Shown one piece after another: positions 1 through 9,933 of a DNA stretch of 64,000 nucleotides. Source of the DNA: a virus (Duplodnaviria > Caudoviricetes); the IMG/VR virus record IMGVR_UViG_2643221942_000002, positions 1,958 through 65,957 of that record. The stretch is one strand, 5' to 3'. The notes under the pieces are model-generated. The model was given only the letters and a program-made list of their open reading frames with translations, ran no database searches and was not told where the DNA came from. How positions within the stretch are numbered: the stretch's first letter is position 1; every line of letters starts with the position of its first letter. Made by a program: the position numbers and the translations under genes.

Positions 1-30
1 GTACGCCGGCAGGCTGTTGAGTGGTTGGGG

Positions 31-348
31 TTATTGCTGGATCAGTTCGGCGGGGACCTTCAACGCGGCGCCGCGCTTGGCGAAGACCACGGCGCGGAAC
101 ACAGCGATGGTTCTGGTTTCGCCGGGCTGGCGGTTGAACGGGTCGCTTGTCGCGTCGGCCAGCCATTGGTGCCGGTGGCCAGCGTCGACCCAGACGCCGT
201 ACTTCGTGATCAGTTGCTCGGCGTCGGGCAGGGCGAAGAGATCCAGCTGGCCGGCGGCGGGCTGCTGATCACCCTCGATCGCGTTGATTGCCCAGTCTAG
301 CGCCGGGCCGGCCAGTTCCTCGGTGCGGACGCTGACCAAGCGGCTCAT
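31..348 (-). CDS. Phage protein, DUF2591-like
   Basis: N-terminal VRTEELAGPALDWA and C-terminal GETRTIAVFRAVV resemble this family; stop/start overlap with the neighbouring gene. Confidence 0.6.
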   Translation of the reverse strand: MSRLVSVRTEELAGPALDWAINAIEGDQQPAAGQLDLFALPDAEQLITKYGVWVDAGHRHQWLADATSDPFNRQPGETRTIAVFRAVVFAKRGAALKVPAELIQQ

Positions 349-680
349 GGCCGACTGCCAATTTCTGCTGCGGCACGCACAATCGAGCGGCGAGTTCCAT
401 AATCATCCATCGCTTCGACGATCATCACGCCGTGCGCAGAGTGTTCGGCCACAACCGAGTCGCACTCTTCCATGAAAACGATGCAGATCCCGAGCCTTAT
501 AGCCAGCCGAAGAGCCTTGCCGTCGTCTTCGAGCGGGTTCCACCAGTCGCCCCCGCAGGCTCCATTCGGAGCTATTCCGCAGGATTTGGAGTCGGTGAGG
601 TCGTCCCACCACTCTTGCCAAACACCCTTCACACCCGCAGCCCTTGCCGCCAGTTCCAGAAGTTTCTGATCGTTCATCAC
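345..680 (-). CDS. Conserved phage hypothetical protein
   Basis: LLELAARAAG...WNPLEDDGKALRLA...RRSIVRAAAEIG motif common in phage early regions. Confidence 0.7.
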   Translation of the reverse strand: MMNDQKLLELAARAAGVKGVWQEWWDDLTDSKSCGIAPNGACGGDWWNPLEDDGKALRLAIRLGICIVFMEECDSVVAEHSAHGVMIVEAMDDYGTRRSIVRAAAEIGSRP

Positions 681-726
681 CGCGGCCCCTTGTAGCAGTA
701 CACGTAGGCGAACCAGGCGAGGGCGA

Positions 727-1119
727 TCATAGTAAGTGCGCTCCTGCTTCGAGTAGGCCGTCTCGGTCTAAGCGCAGGTTGTCGCGCTCATGCCTGAGTT
801 CGTCGCGCTCCCTGACCAAAGCCTTGATGGCGGTTGAGATGTTCCGGTGGCCGAGGGTGATGGTGATGGCCTGTGCTTCGTCGAACAGTTTGACCTTCAG
901 GTCTCGGTCGTCAGCTGCTCGCGCGGCCAGCTCTTTTTCGTGGATCTTGAGGCAGCGCTTGCAGGTGACGTACCGCCAGTCATTGGTGAGCTGGTCGTCG
1001 GTCATGACGCCGTCGGTACCGCAATAGACGTGCTCTGGCGGATCCTGATCAGCCTCGGTGCCGCCGTCCCATGGGTACAGGTGAATCGCTCGTTTGCTCA
1101 TGGCGTCACTCCACCCCAT
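727..1119 (-). CDS. Phage hypothetical protein with CxxC
   Basis: 130-aa ORF in the leftward operon; VTCKRC. Confidence 0.6.
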   Translation of the reverse strand: MGWSDAMSKRAIHLYPWDGGTEADQDPPEHVYCGTDGVMTDDQLTNDWRYVTCKRCLKIHEKELAARAADDRDLKVKLFDEAQAITITLGHRNISTAIKALVRERDELRHERDNLRLDRDGLLEAGAHLL

Positions 1120-1669
1120 TCAGGTAGCAAGGTTCCGTGGCTTCAGCCAGCCACTGCCGGAGAGATCCCGCTGGAGTACCGGGTGAATCTTCGTCCTGCC
1201 ACTGCTGGTCGAGCTCCGAATCGCCAGTCAGAAACACGTCGTAATCGTCGGAGTGCTCGTGCAGCCAATCGCCGTTGTATTCAGCCAATACCGCTAAGGC
1301 CTGTTCCGGGTTCTGCGCGGCAACCCAATCCTGATCGCCGACCTGATAGCAGAGCAGCGGGCCATCCTCCGGCTCGAAGGTGTAGCTTTTGGAGTTCATG
1401 GCGTTGTCGATGGCCTTGTCCAGCGCGGCGCCGGTCAGCACGTCTTCATGGCTGGCCAGGCCAACGACAATCCATTGTTCTTCCGGGAGCGTTATGGGCG
1501 CGCTGGCTTTTGGCTCGCGCAGAAACCGGTACCGATCAGCAAGCGGGAGATCTTCGTCATGACTTCGCTTGAGGCCCTCGACGTTTGCGAGCAGAGTCGA
1601 CAAGGAGTGATTGCTGCTCAGGCCGAACACGTTGTAGATCCGGGCCAAATCTGGGTGAACTTGAGACAT
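1106..1669 (-). CDS. Phage hypothetical protein
   Basis: 187-aa ORF with an upstream AAGGA RBS. Confidence 0.6.
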   Translation of the reverse strand: MSQVHPDLARIYNVFGLSSNHSLSTLLANVEGLKRSHDEDLPLADRYRFLREPKASAPITLPEEQWIVVGLASHEDVLTGAALDKAIDNAMNSKSYTFEPEDGPLLCYQVGDQDWVAAQNPEQALAVLAEYNGDWLHEHSDDYDVFLTGDSELDQQWQDEDSPGTPAGSLRQWLAEATEPCYLNGVE

Positions 1670-1775
1670 GAGTCGTCCTTGCCGCTATAGCGGCTGACTT
1701 TGAAGGGGGAGAGGGAAATTTGCGCTGGTCGACCTTCTGCCTGAGAATCCCGCATCTACTGCGAGAGTTATCAGG

Positions 1776-2225
1776 ATGAAGGTTAGAACCAGCTGGTTGG
1801 AGCGGATAATCGTTGGAATATGTGTTGCGATCGCGATATGTGGCGCGTTAGCCGGTTATTTCTATGATCCGCCATGGCTTAATAGGGCCGGCTCGGTGAT
1901 CATTGTTATCGGGGTGATCGCGGCGTCTGTCAGACTTCAGGAAGTGCTGACCTCTCAAATAAGTCGCTTCCGCGAAATGAGCGATGAAAAGCAGTTGCAA
2001 GAGCTTTATGAGGTGCATGAGCGTTTTTTTGGTCGCCCTCTAGACGCCGCGTACAAGAAAGGTTTGGAGTCGCTGGTAAATAAAGGGCTGGAGACAATGT
2101 TCGCCAATTACATTGAGCGACGGGTCAAGCGGCTCAAGTCCGTGGAGTTGAGCATCCTCATTGCTGGCACCCTGATAAACGGTTTCGGAGATCTAGTAGT
2201 GCTAGGCATGCAGAAGCTGTCGTAG
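1776..2225 (+). CDS. Membrane protein moron
   Basis: Opposite strand to the operon; about 3 hydrophobic segments. Confidence 0.65.
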   Translation: MKVRTSWLERIIVGICVAIAICGALAGYFYDPPWLNRAGSVIIVIGVIAASVRLQEVLTSQISRFREMSDEKQLQELYEVHERFFGRPLDAAYKKGLESLVNKGLETMFANYIERRVKRLKSVELSILIAGTLINGFGDLVVLGMQKLS

Positions 2226-2272
2226 GCCCGATACGGCTCTTGAGGCGAAGCGTTGCGACGTTTTCTAGCTGC

Positions 2273-2923
2273 TTACTGTGTTGCCTCCATCGATACCAGA
2301 TCATGGGCATTCACAACCTTCATGCCGAGCTCGCGGGCAATGTGCACTTCGAGCCGGGCGCCTTTCGAGTTCTCCCAGCCGGGCAGCACCGCGACCTGGC
2401 CGCAAAGGCCGAGGCGGGTCAGGTCGTAGGCCATGTAGTCCGCCCAGTCCGCACCGTCGACGACGCCGTGCTCTGCCGGGTTCTCTACGACGTAGCCACG
2501 GGCGCGCAGCTCGGCGGCCATCTTGTTGAAGGCGGGGAAGTTGAAGTCTTCGAAGCCAGTCATCGGCCCTGCGAGGTACAGGCGTTTGGCGCGGGTAGCA
2601 GCGAGCGTTACACCAGGCGCTGCTGGCGCTGGCGACAGCTCGTGCCAGGTGTCGACTTCGAACTCTGAAGGACGCAGGCCAAGGCGCCTGCCATCTGGCA
2701 GCACAGCCGCAACCGCGCCGTGGCTGTTGGTCCATACGGGAAAGATTTGCCCTTCACGGCAGATCGGGCCATCACCCCGCAAGAGTGCGGACCCAATTCC
2801 CGGCATCGGATCAGCAACGACGGTTGTGAACATCTTCACCGTGCGCGGCACGCGGTCGCCGAACGGGTAGTTTTTACTGCGCTCGTGCAGGGCTGGACAG
2901 TCGATAACGTTTTCTATGGGCAT
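2273..2923 (-). CDS. DUF4406 (nucleoside 2-deoxyribosyltransferase-like) domain protein with an extra N-terminal domain
   Basis: RLYLAGPMTG..FNFPAF..VENPAE..LPGWENSKGARLE motif. Confidence 0.8.
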   Translation of the reverse strand: MPIENVIDCPALHERSKNYPFGDRVPRTVKMFTTVVADPMPGIGSALLRGDGPICREGQIFPVWTNSHGAVAAVLPDGRRLGLRPSEFEVDTWHELSPAPAAPGVTLAATRAKRLYLAGPMTGFEDFNFPAFNKMAAELRARGYVVENPAEHGVVDGADWADYMAYDLTRLGLCGQVAVLPGWENSKGARLEVHIARELGMKVVNAHDLVSMEATQ

Positions 2924-2981
2924 GGGGCGTCCTCGATGCTTAGGGTAAACTCAAAAGCATAATTAAAAAGGAGAGAGATTC

Positions 2982-3662
2982 ATGGGAAGATTGCTTGCTC
3001 TAATAGGGATTTCGCTTACGGTTCTATATGCCGTCTTCAGTTGGTGGCTAATTGGGGATCGCGTTCACACCTTACTGTCAATGCGCCTCAATGAGGTTGG
3101 AGACTTTTTGGCCGGAGCTTTCGGCCCTGTTGCAATCCTCTGGCTTGTCCTTGGATACTTTCAACAGGGTATAGAATTGCGTCAAGGTACCGCTGCTTTG
3201 AACTTCCAAGGCGAGGAATTAAGAAACGCCGTCGAGCAGCAGCGCCTGTTGGCAACAGTTTCACTGAAAACGCTTGAGCATGAGCGTGAAGCCCGACTTG
3301 AAGAGGCTGTTAGATATCGTCAAAGCCTCCGTCCGATTCTTCATCTGCAGAGTGTGAAAGTTGAATTTGAGGAAGGCTACTGGAAAGTAAGCTGTAGGCT
3401 GTTCAATGACGGCGCCCAAATATTCGGTTTAACGCTGGTGCTTCACAAAGGCGCAAATGAGCATCATTTCACAACTTTTAGAACTTTGGATCGAGGCAGT
3501 AGTGCTGATTTTAACTGTATGTGGCATAAGGATTCTCCGGGTGATGTAGCTGCTATTGAAGTTATTTATAGCGAGCGCGACGGCGCAGAAGGAAATTGTA
3601 GGTTTATCCCTGATTGTGATATCAGCGTAGGAGGTATTGGCTTCGTCCGTGAAGAAAGTTAG
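2982..3662 (+). CDS. Membrane protein moron
   Basis: LNEVGDFLAGAFGPVAILWLVLGYFQQGIEL transmembrane motif; low GC; GGAG RBS. Confidence 0.75.
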   Translation: MGRLLALIGISLTVLYAVFSWWLIGDRVHTLLSMRLNEVGDFLAGAFGPVAILWLVLGYFQQGIELRQGTAALNFQGEELRNAVEQQRLLATVSLKTLEHEREARLEEAVRYRQSLRPILHLQSVKVEFEEGYWKVSCRLFNDGAQIFGLTLVLHKGANEHHFTTFRTLDRGSSADFNCMWHKDSPGDVAAIEVIYSERDGAEGNCRFIPDCDISVGGIGFVREES

Positions 3663-4528
3663 TCGCCACAGAAACAATCTATATCTTCTGCGAGATATTC
3701 GAAATCAAAGTCGGTCTGCCGGGATCGTTGCTCGGCAGACCAACCCATCGTCTTGTAGTCGGCGCGATCTTGCCGGAACACCTGGCCGAACCGTTCCTCA
3801 GTACCTGACCACCAGATCACCCGCGACGGGTCGTCCATGATGGTCTTGATCAGCTTGCGTTCATTCTTCTTCCAGCACAGGTCGCAGTTGCCGAAGTCTG
3901 AATTCATTTCCAAGTCGAACGGCTGAACCCTCCAGAACTCGGCAACATCTTCCTTCGTGACTCCGGCGGTGTAGGAGGGGCAAACATTGTCCCAACGTGT
4001 GCCGCCGCGATCATTGGCGGCCATCATTCGGTGGTAGCGTTTCGGCTCGTCGTAACGGATGCCGACTACGCAATCCCATTCGGTGTATCCGAGGGCGCGC
4101 ATGTGCTTCTCGCCGATCTTCACCTTCAGATAAGCGGTGCACATGTTGTTCGAGAAGTTCGGCAGCACCGGTGGCAGGTTTTTCTCCGCCTTGCGGTACG
4201 CGGCGTAATACTCGAGCATCATGGTGAAGGGCTCGCCGTTGCGGCTGGCAGTTTCGAAATCCACCAGCCTATACCAGGGCGCATCATCCGGCTGACCGTA
4301 CACGCGGCACCACTCCATCCAGACGATGTTCACGTTCCAGCGCTTCGCGATCTGGTCGATGAAAACTAGCGTTTCCTCGCGCTCTTTACCGGTGTTCTGA
4401 AAGAACAGGTGCACGTCTGGCGGCAGGACTCCGCCATGCGCTTCGAGGATCTTGTAGACCATGTGCCCGCTGGTGCGACCACCGCTGATGCCGATCTGGG
4501 CAGGGCCGGTGATCAGGTAGGGGTTCAT
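3659..4528 (-). CDS. Phosphoadenosine phosphosulfate reductase family (PP-loop) protein
   Basis: ISGGRTSG PP-loop variant, FQNTGKE, CTAYLK, GIRYDE, GNCDLC, C-terminal CFCGD. Confidence 0.8.
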   Translation of the reverse strand: MNPYLITGPAQIGISGGRTSGHMVYKILEAHGGVLPPDVHLFFQNTGKEREETLVFIDQIAKRWNVNIVWMEWCRVYGQPDDAPWYRLVDFETASRNGEPFTMMLEYYAAYRKAEKNLPPVLPNFSNNMCTAYLKVKIGEKHMRALGYTEWDCVVGIRYDEPKRYHRMMAANDRGGTRWDNVCPSYTAGVTKEDVAEFWRVQPFDLEMNSDFGNCDLCWKKNERKLIKTIMDDPSRVIWWSGTEERFGQVFRQDRADYKTMGWSAEQRSRQTDFDFEYLAEDIDCFCGD

Positions 4529-4619
4529 AATTGCTCCAGACAGCCGATTGCCTCGCCGGCTGGCGTGATTCGTAGAAGTGGGGTATGTATCTGTAATCTC
4601 ACAATGGCAGGAGGCCGAC

Positions 4620-4808
4620 ATGAGGTTGCAGAGCGATGTAGATGCGCTAGCGGCTATCGAAGAGGACGCTAAAGCGATGCTGAAACGGATAGGGCTGCCT
4701 GACGATGCAGTGAAGCTGGAGGTGGTCGTGTTCCTTCGGGAGGTGATCGACCTGGCCAGCTACATGGAATCGAAGCATCGGCTGGTTGAAGCGCCGGGGT
4801 TCGTCTGA
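4620..4808 (+). CDS. Small hypothetical protein
   Basis: GGAGG RBS before the ATG at 4620. Confidence 0.5.
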   Translation: MRLQSDVDALAAIEEDAKAMLKRIGLPDDAVKLEVVVFLREVIDLASYMESKHRLVEAPGFV

Positions 4809-4888
4809 GCTGGGGCATTGCCCGCCGTTGCGTTATTTGGGTTCGGCCCGGCATGGGGCCCAATCAATTACTAAACAGGAGGGACAGC

Positions 4889-5455
4889 GTGAAGGAGGAC
4901 CTACTAATACCTCTCATAGGGGCCATTGCTGTTGCTCTGATAGGCGGGGGCATTTCGCTTGCGCTAGCGATCCTCGCAAAAGATCAGAAAACCTCTGAGT
5001 TCAGGCAGGCGTGGATCGACGGGCTGAGAGACGATGTGTCAAAGCTGGTCGCACATTTTATGGTTGTGGCAAGCATATCGAAAATAACCAAAAATCTATC
5101 TCAGGAGAAAATTTCTGAGTACGTACTCTCCAAAGAAAATGACTTCATTGAGATAGCACTTCTTATCAACCGAATACGATTGAGGATGAACAAGGATGAA
5201 CATAAAGAATTTTTGAAACTGATTTCGGAAACCGATGGGGTTGGTTCTGATCCTGAGCGTTATGAGGCCCTAATCGAAAGCATTGTGGTCGAGAGTCAGG
5301 CAATACTTAAGTCCGAGTGGAGGCGTGTTAAAAGAGGCGAGATTTCCTTTCAAATACTCAAGTGGGGTTCGGCGGTTGTGTTCTTAGCTAGCTGCGCCGT
5401 TGGAATTTCTTTTTACTTGGGATATTTCGAAATTATTCGCCTGAACACTAATTAA
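4889..5455 (+). CDS. Membrane protein moron
   Basis: N- and C-terminal TM segments; KTSEFRQAWIDGLRDDVS; low GC. Confidence 0.7.
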   Translation: MKEDLLIPLIGAIAVALIGGGISLALAILAKDQKTSEFRQAWIDGLRDDVSKLVAHFMVVASISKITKNLSQEKISEYVLSKENDFIEIALLINRIRLRMNKDEHKEFLKLISETDGVGSDPERYEALIESIVVESQAILKSEWRRVKRGEISFQILKWGSAVVFLASCAVGISFYLGYFEIIRLNTN

Positions 5456-5777
5456 TCGGATCCAGTATCTCATCGTCTGAATAGCGAGAAATCGCGCGGC
5501 GTGATTCCAGCTCAAAAATACGCGACACGTTTTCGCTTATCGTGATTTCGTGTCGCGGTGGTGTGAGCAGGGGAAGGGCGCCGCCCGGTCCAAGTCCGTG
5601 GAGGTGGTGAATCATCAGCGTGATAGCCTCGCCTTGTTCCTCGATGCCGCTCCAGGCCATCAGCTCAGCAAGTGCTTGGCGAGTGCCGGGCAGGCAGTGC
5701 AGCCTGATTTCCTCTTCGCCGCGCTCCTTCCTCTTCGCCGCGGCTTTCGCAGAGCGATCTGCATTGCTCTTGGCCAT
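5448..5777 (-). CDS. Conserved phage hypothetical protein
   Basis: MAKSNADRSAKAAAKRKERGEEEIRL, typical of Pseudomonas prophages. Confidence 0.7.
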   Translation of the reverse strand: MAKSNADRSAKAAAKRKERGEEEIRLHCLPGTRQALAELMAWSGIEEQGEAITLMIHHLHGLGPGGALPLLTPPRHEITISENVSRIFELESRRAISRYSDDEILDPIN

Positions 5778-6095
5778 GGGCTACCTCTTCAATTCCGCTG
5801 GCCGGCAAGTCCAGCCAGGTCAGTCGTCTGTGCTGTTGCGCACGGCTGATGGTCGCGTCACGGAGGGACCTGAATTTCATTTTGTACAGTGGATTATCAT
5901 GTTACGTCCATTTTCGGTTGGCATCCGGTGGTGCTGTCGGACGTATTCGCAGAGCATCTGGGCTGATGAATTTCCACGATCAAGCGCCCCGGCCACTGAG
6001 AGACAGCATGGTCATGTCGGGTGATGGCAAATTGCGATTGGAAATGTTGCCAAACGTCACTATCATCGCGTCGCCTATGTCGAGGACGCTGCGTA

Positions 6096-6929
6096 ATGTA
6101 TATCGCAATTATCGCTCTTATCACCCTACAGATGTTCACTATAATAATCGCAATATATCTATATGGTTTAACAAGAAAAAAGAGGGACGATAATGTTGAG
6201 CCTTATAGTCAATTTTCGATAGGCGCTTGTGCGTTAGGTTTTGCGTTAGTAATTTTATTTTTGTTTTATATTTTTGTTGGTGATGAATTTAAAGTATCTG
6301 ATAATTTGGGCCAGGTTGGAGATTTCGTAGGAGGGCTCACTAATCCAGTTCTTAGTTTTATTGCGCTGATAGTTCTTTTAAGGACTACGTTGATTCAAAC
6401 TGTTGAGACTCGAAAAACTTCTTCGATAATGCTGGAGCAACAAAGGCTTTTCGAGCAGGAGCGATTCGAGTCAAGCTTTTATAAATTACTTGATAGGTAT
6501 GAGGTTTCCGCGGAAAAGTATTGGAGGAAAACCCCCGAGGGGGAGGATTATACTCGGGGGATTAACAAAGTATTAGAATTGAAAAAGCAGAGGAGTGAGG
6601 TTGACATTCTTCCTGCAAGAAAAAGAATAAAGGAGATTGGTAATGCAGCAAGGAGGCATCTCGGTAATGACAGGGATAAAAAAGCAATTTTAAGGGCTCT
6701 TCAGGTTTTTGCTTTTGTGAATGGGTCAAGCCTTTCTCTGAAAAGAAAAAAGTATTATTTTTCCTTGCTTCTTGACTCGATGGAGCCGTGTGAGATTGTT
6801 ATGTTTATAACGATGGCTTTTATTTCTCCAAAAACTCGAAAGAAGCTAAAAGCTTATTCCCCGGCCGCTACCTTGAAGAGCGAGTTTTTCGTTTCGCAGA
6901 CAGTTTGCAGCTACTACGGCGGTAGTTAA
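6096..6929 (+). CDS. Putative phage abortive infection protein-like moron
   Basis: TM segments plus LGQVGDFVGGLTNPVLSF and QERFESSFYKLL motifs; very low GC. Confidence 0.6.
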   Translation: MYIAIIALITLQMFTIIIAIYLYGLTRKKRDDNVEPYSQFSIGACALGFALVILFLFYIFVGDEFKVSDNLGQVGDFVGGLTNPVLSFIALIVLLRTTLIQTVETRKTSSIMLEQQRLFEQERFESSFYKLLDRYEVSAEKYWRKTPEGEDYTRGINKVLELKKQRSEVDILPARKRIKEIGNAARRHLGNDRDKKAILRALQVFAFVNGSSLSLKRKKYYFSLLLDSMEPCEIVMFITMAFISPKTRKKLKAYSPAATLKSEFFVSQTVCSYYGGS

Positions 6930-7022
6930 GACTGCGGGAAGATCTATCATTACCGCTTGAGATCCCGCAGCTCATCAAGCTCCTGCTGCGTACCGCTTTT
7001 GAGTAGGTCATCGCATTTATGA

Positions 7023-8645
7023 TCATGCGGCCACCTTGACTAGCTTCACGCCTGCCAGGCTGAACTTGGTGCCCTGGGCTGCGACCATCGCGTCGAGCTT
7101 TTCCCAGTCGACGGTCAGCACCGAAATAGGGGCTTGGCCGTAGGCGACAGCTTTGATCAGCTCTTCCAGATCAAACACTTCGGCCTGCAGGTTCGTCGGC
7201 GCCGCAGTTGTGGTCGTTGGCTTCGAGGCAGACTGAACGGGCGAGGCTGCTTTTACCGGTGCTGGACTGGCGACTGGTGCAGGCTCAACAGGGGCCTTGG
7301 CTTTCGCCTCAGCTTCGATCCGTTGCAGCTCCTGTTGCCGGATCTGCTCGCGCTGCGCCTCAGCTTTCTCCTCCTCGGCTTTCTGGTGCTCAGAGATTCG
7401 CACCTTGATCAGCGCGACCAGGTCATCGTTGGCCTTGAGGACGAGTTGCTGAATATCGTTGAACAAGAATGCATGGTCGGGCGCGAGCTCGGCCAAGCTG
7501 GTCAAATTCAAGCGAATCGCATCTGCTGACTGGCTCGCGGCGATTTTTGCTCGAGCCAGCTCGGTATCGACAGCATCCTGCAGACTGGCAATGGTGCGTT
7601 TGTTCTTCATCACGCCGGCGAAGTCGGAAGCAACCGCTGGCAGCGTTACCCGGCCCAGTGTTTTATTGATGGCCGCGACGTGATCCGCCAGCGCCTGCTC
7701 AGCCTTCTGCTTGATGTTGGTCTTCACCAGCAGCTCTTGAGCCTTAACGAGCTTGTCGACCTTCAAGCGCGTCTCGCGAGCATGTGCGCTGATTCGATCA
7801 AGAGACGAGAAAAGCTCGTCAATGCTTTGGGTTTGGGAGAGTGCTTGTTTCTTCGCTACCGCAACCGCTTCCTCGACATCGCCGCACCACTTGACCGCCT
7901 TCTTGGCATCGGCAAAGTCTTGGTCGGTCTGCAGCGTGGTTTTCACAGAGTCGATGACAGCGAGAGCCGAATCCTCGAACACCTTGAGGTTGCTCGCGGT
8001 AACCATGCCGGTCAGTTCGATACGAAGCGCTGGCAGCTCGTCCGGGGCCTTGCCGACGATAATCGACGGAGCCTCTACCATTTCGAAGTTGGCCAGGTCG
8101 GCCTCGAACTGTTTCCAGCCTTCGACCAACTGCGCGGCGCGGCCGGCGACAGGTCGGTATTCCATGTGCACGAAGTTTTCGGCGGTGCCGTCGGAGCAAA
8201 CGAAAATCACGCGCTCGGCGCCGCTCACCAGCAGTTGTTGTTCGAGCTGCCAGTAGTAGTGTGGATCCAGATCGCCGGCCTTCACCTGGGCGACCAACGA
8301 CTCGTTCCAAAGCTTGTGTTCGAAGAGGGTCTCGCCCAGCATCGTCGCGCCGTCCATGGAGGCGAGCAGATTGCCGTCGGTGCCCACGACTGGATACAGC
8401 TCCTCGCCGATCATGACTTCAACCAGCGGCCGGGCAAGCGCTTCAGTTGTATGGCCCTTGTCGAAGATGTACTGCTGCGCCTGAGTGACCTCCGGCGTGA
8501 TGCCGGTTTTCTTCATGGTGAGCAGGTCGGTGCGGGTTTGGTACTTCGACGCACCCATCATTGCGGGCGCCTCGGAGGCGGTGAAGTGCTGAGCGCGCAA
8601 TGCGTGCCACTCGGCGGAGCCTTGAGCTACGTTGTGAATTTTCAT
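7023..8645 (-). CDS. YqaJ-like (lambda Exo family) recombination nuclease
   Basis: QGSAEWHALR, TASEA, ASMDG, EHK motifs followed by a coiled-coil C-terminus. Confidence 0.9.
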   Translation of the reverse strand: MKIHNVAQGSAEWHALRAQHFTASEAPAMMGASKYQTRTDLLTMKKTGITPEVTQAQQYIFDKGHTTEALARPLVEVMIGEELYPVVGTDGNLLASMDGATMLGETLFEHKLWNESLVAQVKAGDLDPHYYWQLEQQLLVSGAERVIFVCSDGTAENFVHMEYRPVAGRAAQLVEGWKQFEADLANFEMVEAPSIIVGKAPDELPALRIELTGMVTASNLKVFEDSALAVIDSVKTTLQTDQDFADAKKAVKWCGDVEEAVAVAKKQALSQTQSIDELFSSLDRISAHARETRLKVDKLVKAQELLVKTNIKQKAEQALADHVAAINKTLGRVTLPAVASDFAGVMKNKRTIASLQDAVDTELARAKIAASQSADAIRLNLTSLAELAPDHAFLFNDIQQLVLKANDDLVALIKVRISEHQKAEEEKAEAQREQIRQQELQRIEAEAKAKAPVEPAPVASPAPVKAASPVQSASKPTTTTAAPTNLQAEVFDLEELIKAVAYGQAPISVLTVDWEKLDAMVAAQGTKFSLAGVKLVKVAA

Positions 8646-9460
8646 GCTGCGTCTCCGTCGATGGCTTTGAGGTTCTGGATTTTTTCGATCTGGGCCGGGC
8701 TCAGCGTGTATTTGCTGCTGATGGTCGCGATCAGGTGTTCGGGGTTGGTTCGGTTGGCATCAACCAGTGGCTGCCATTTGGCGATGTTCTCTTTCAGGAG
8801 ATCATCGGAGTAGGGCGGAAGAGCTTCGGGCTCAGGCCCTTGCTGCCGCTGGGGACTCACGTCGCGCGGCGCCTCTTCGAATGTTTTGCCTTCCATTTCG
8901 TCGGCCGTTGGCGCTGATCCGACCTCAGGGAATGCCTTGCGCAGCGCTTGAGCCTCAGCGCACTTGGCGAGCTGGGCGAAGGCGCGGCGCTTCCACATGG
9001 TGTTTGGGGCAATCGAGTCCTTGCCGGCCGTTGCGTAGTTCTCAAGCCAGCGCTCGTTTGCGGTGAACTCGGCAACGAGGCCGTTCGACATTTGGCGCTT
9101 GACGGTTACCCGGCACCACTCTGGATAGGTGACGTCCACGCCGCCCAGCTTTGCGGTAATTGGCGGTCCGTATTCAGGATCGCTGATACCTGCGTACTGC
9201 CCAGTGCGCGCGGCCTGGATGCGATAAAGACCAATGCCCGGCATTACCGTGTCCTGCATCTTTTTCGCTTTGGTGTTCCAGATCGGCACGATGTGCACAG
9301 GCTTCAGCATTGGGTCCAGATGCGCGGCCTGGCAGTAAGCCAACACCATTACCACCGAGTTCTTTTCTGCGCCTGGGTAGAGGCTGTTGCTCAGCACCTC
9401 AACAAGTGCCGCCTCAGACATCGCAGGCAATTGGTCTTCCTGCTTCATTACTGCGCTCAC
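8642..9460 (-). CDS. bet: Phage recombination protein Bet
   Basis: LDPMLKPVHIVP, QLAKCAEAQALRKAFP; adjacent to YqaJ. Confidence 0.9.
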   Translation of the reverse strand: MSAVMKQEDQLPAMSEAALVEVLSNSLYPGAEKNSVVMVLAYCQAAHLDPMLKPVHIVPIWNTKAKKMQDTVMPGIGLYRIQAARTGQYAGISDPEYGPPITAKLGGVDVTYPEWCRVTVKRQMSNGLVAEFTANERWLENYATAGKDSIAPNTMWKRRAFAQLAKCAEAQALRKAFPEVGSAPTADEMEGKTFEEAPRDVSPQRQQGPEPEALPPYSDDLLKENIAKWQPLVDANRTNPEHLIATISSKYTLSPAQIEKIQNLKAIDGDAA

Positions 9461-9503
9461 GGGAAATCCTTGCCGCGACATGCGCAGCGATTGAATGCTT
9501 GGG

Positions 9504-9620
9504 TTATTGAGTGATGCGATCGGCGAGGGCGCTGAGCAGCATCAGGAAGGTGTAAATCGAGAGGACTCGAAACGAGCCGCGCCGAATCAGAATGCGGCGT
9601 GCACGCTGAAGGCTGGTCAT
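9504..9620 (-). CDS. Small membrane peptide (38 aa)
   Basis: ATGA overlap with the upstream ORF; hydrophobic C-terminus. Confidence 0.45.
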   Translation of the reverse strand: MTSLQRARRILIRRGSFRVLSIYTFLMLLSALADRITQ

Positions 9621-9742
9621 CGGAACACGTTGTAGGTGGTGGAGCGCAGCACCTGGCACACGCCGGACGAGTCGCGAGCCGCACTGTATGCAGCCATAAC
9701 CACCAGCAGGCCAGCGGCAAGACACCAGAACGTGATTTTCAT
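9617..9742 (-). CDS. Small peptide (41 aa, MKITFWCLAAGLLVV...)
   Basis: Translated by hand; ATGA overlaps on both sides. Confidence 0.5.
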   Translation of the reverse strand: MKITFWCLAAGLLVVMAAYSAARDSSGVCQVLRSTTYNVFR

Positions 9743-9933
9743 GGCCGAGCCCTCACAGCGATGCGTCCGCCTTTCATGGTCACCGACAGGCGCTGCGGGA
9801 GGCTGTCGACCAGATCCTCGCGCTTGCGGCCGATCACTTCATTGAAGGGCAGGCCGAAGCCGAGAATCGCAATGCGACGCTCGATATCCTCGAGCTGTTC
9901 ATCGAACAGCGATTTCACGATTGGGGTAGCCAT
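9739..9933 (-). CDS. Phage hypothetical protein
   Basis: AGGAG RBS; translationally coupled operon. Confidence 0.65.
   Translation of the reverse strand: MATPIVKSLFDEQLEDIERRIAILGFGLPFNEVIGRKREDLVDSLPQRLSVTMKGGRIAVRARP

Noticed and set aside
5665-5880. Intact 71-aa gene
   Set aside because: Appears to be the 3' remnant of a phage gene truncated by the neighbouring low-GC moron; no convincing start
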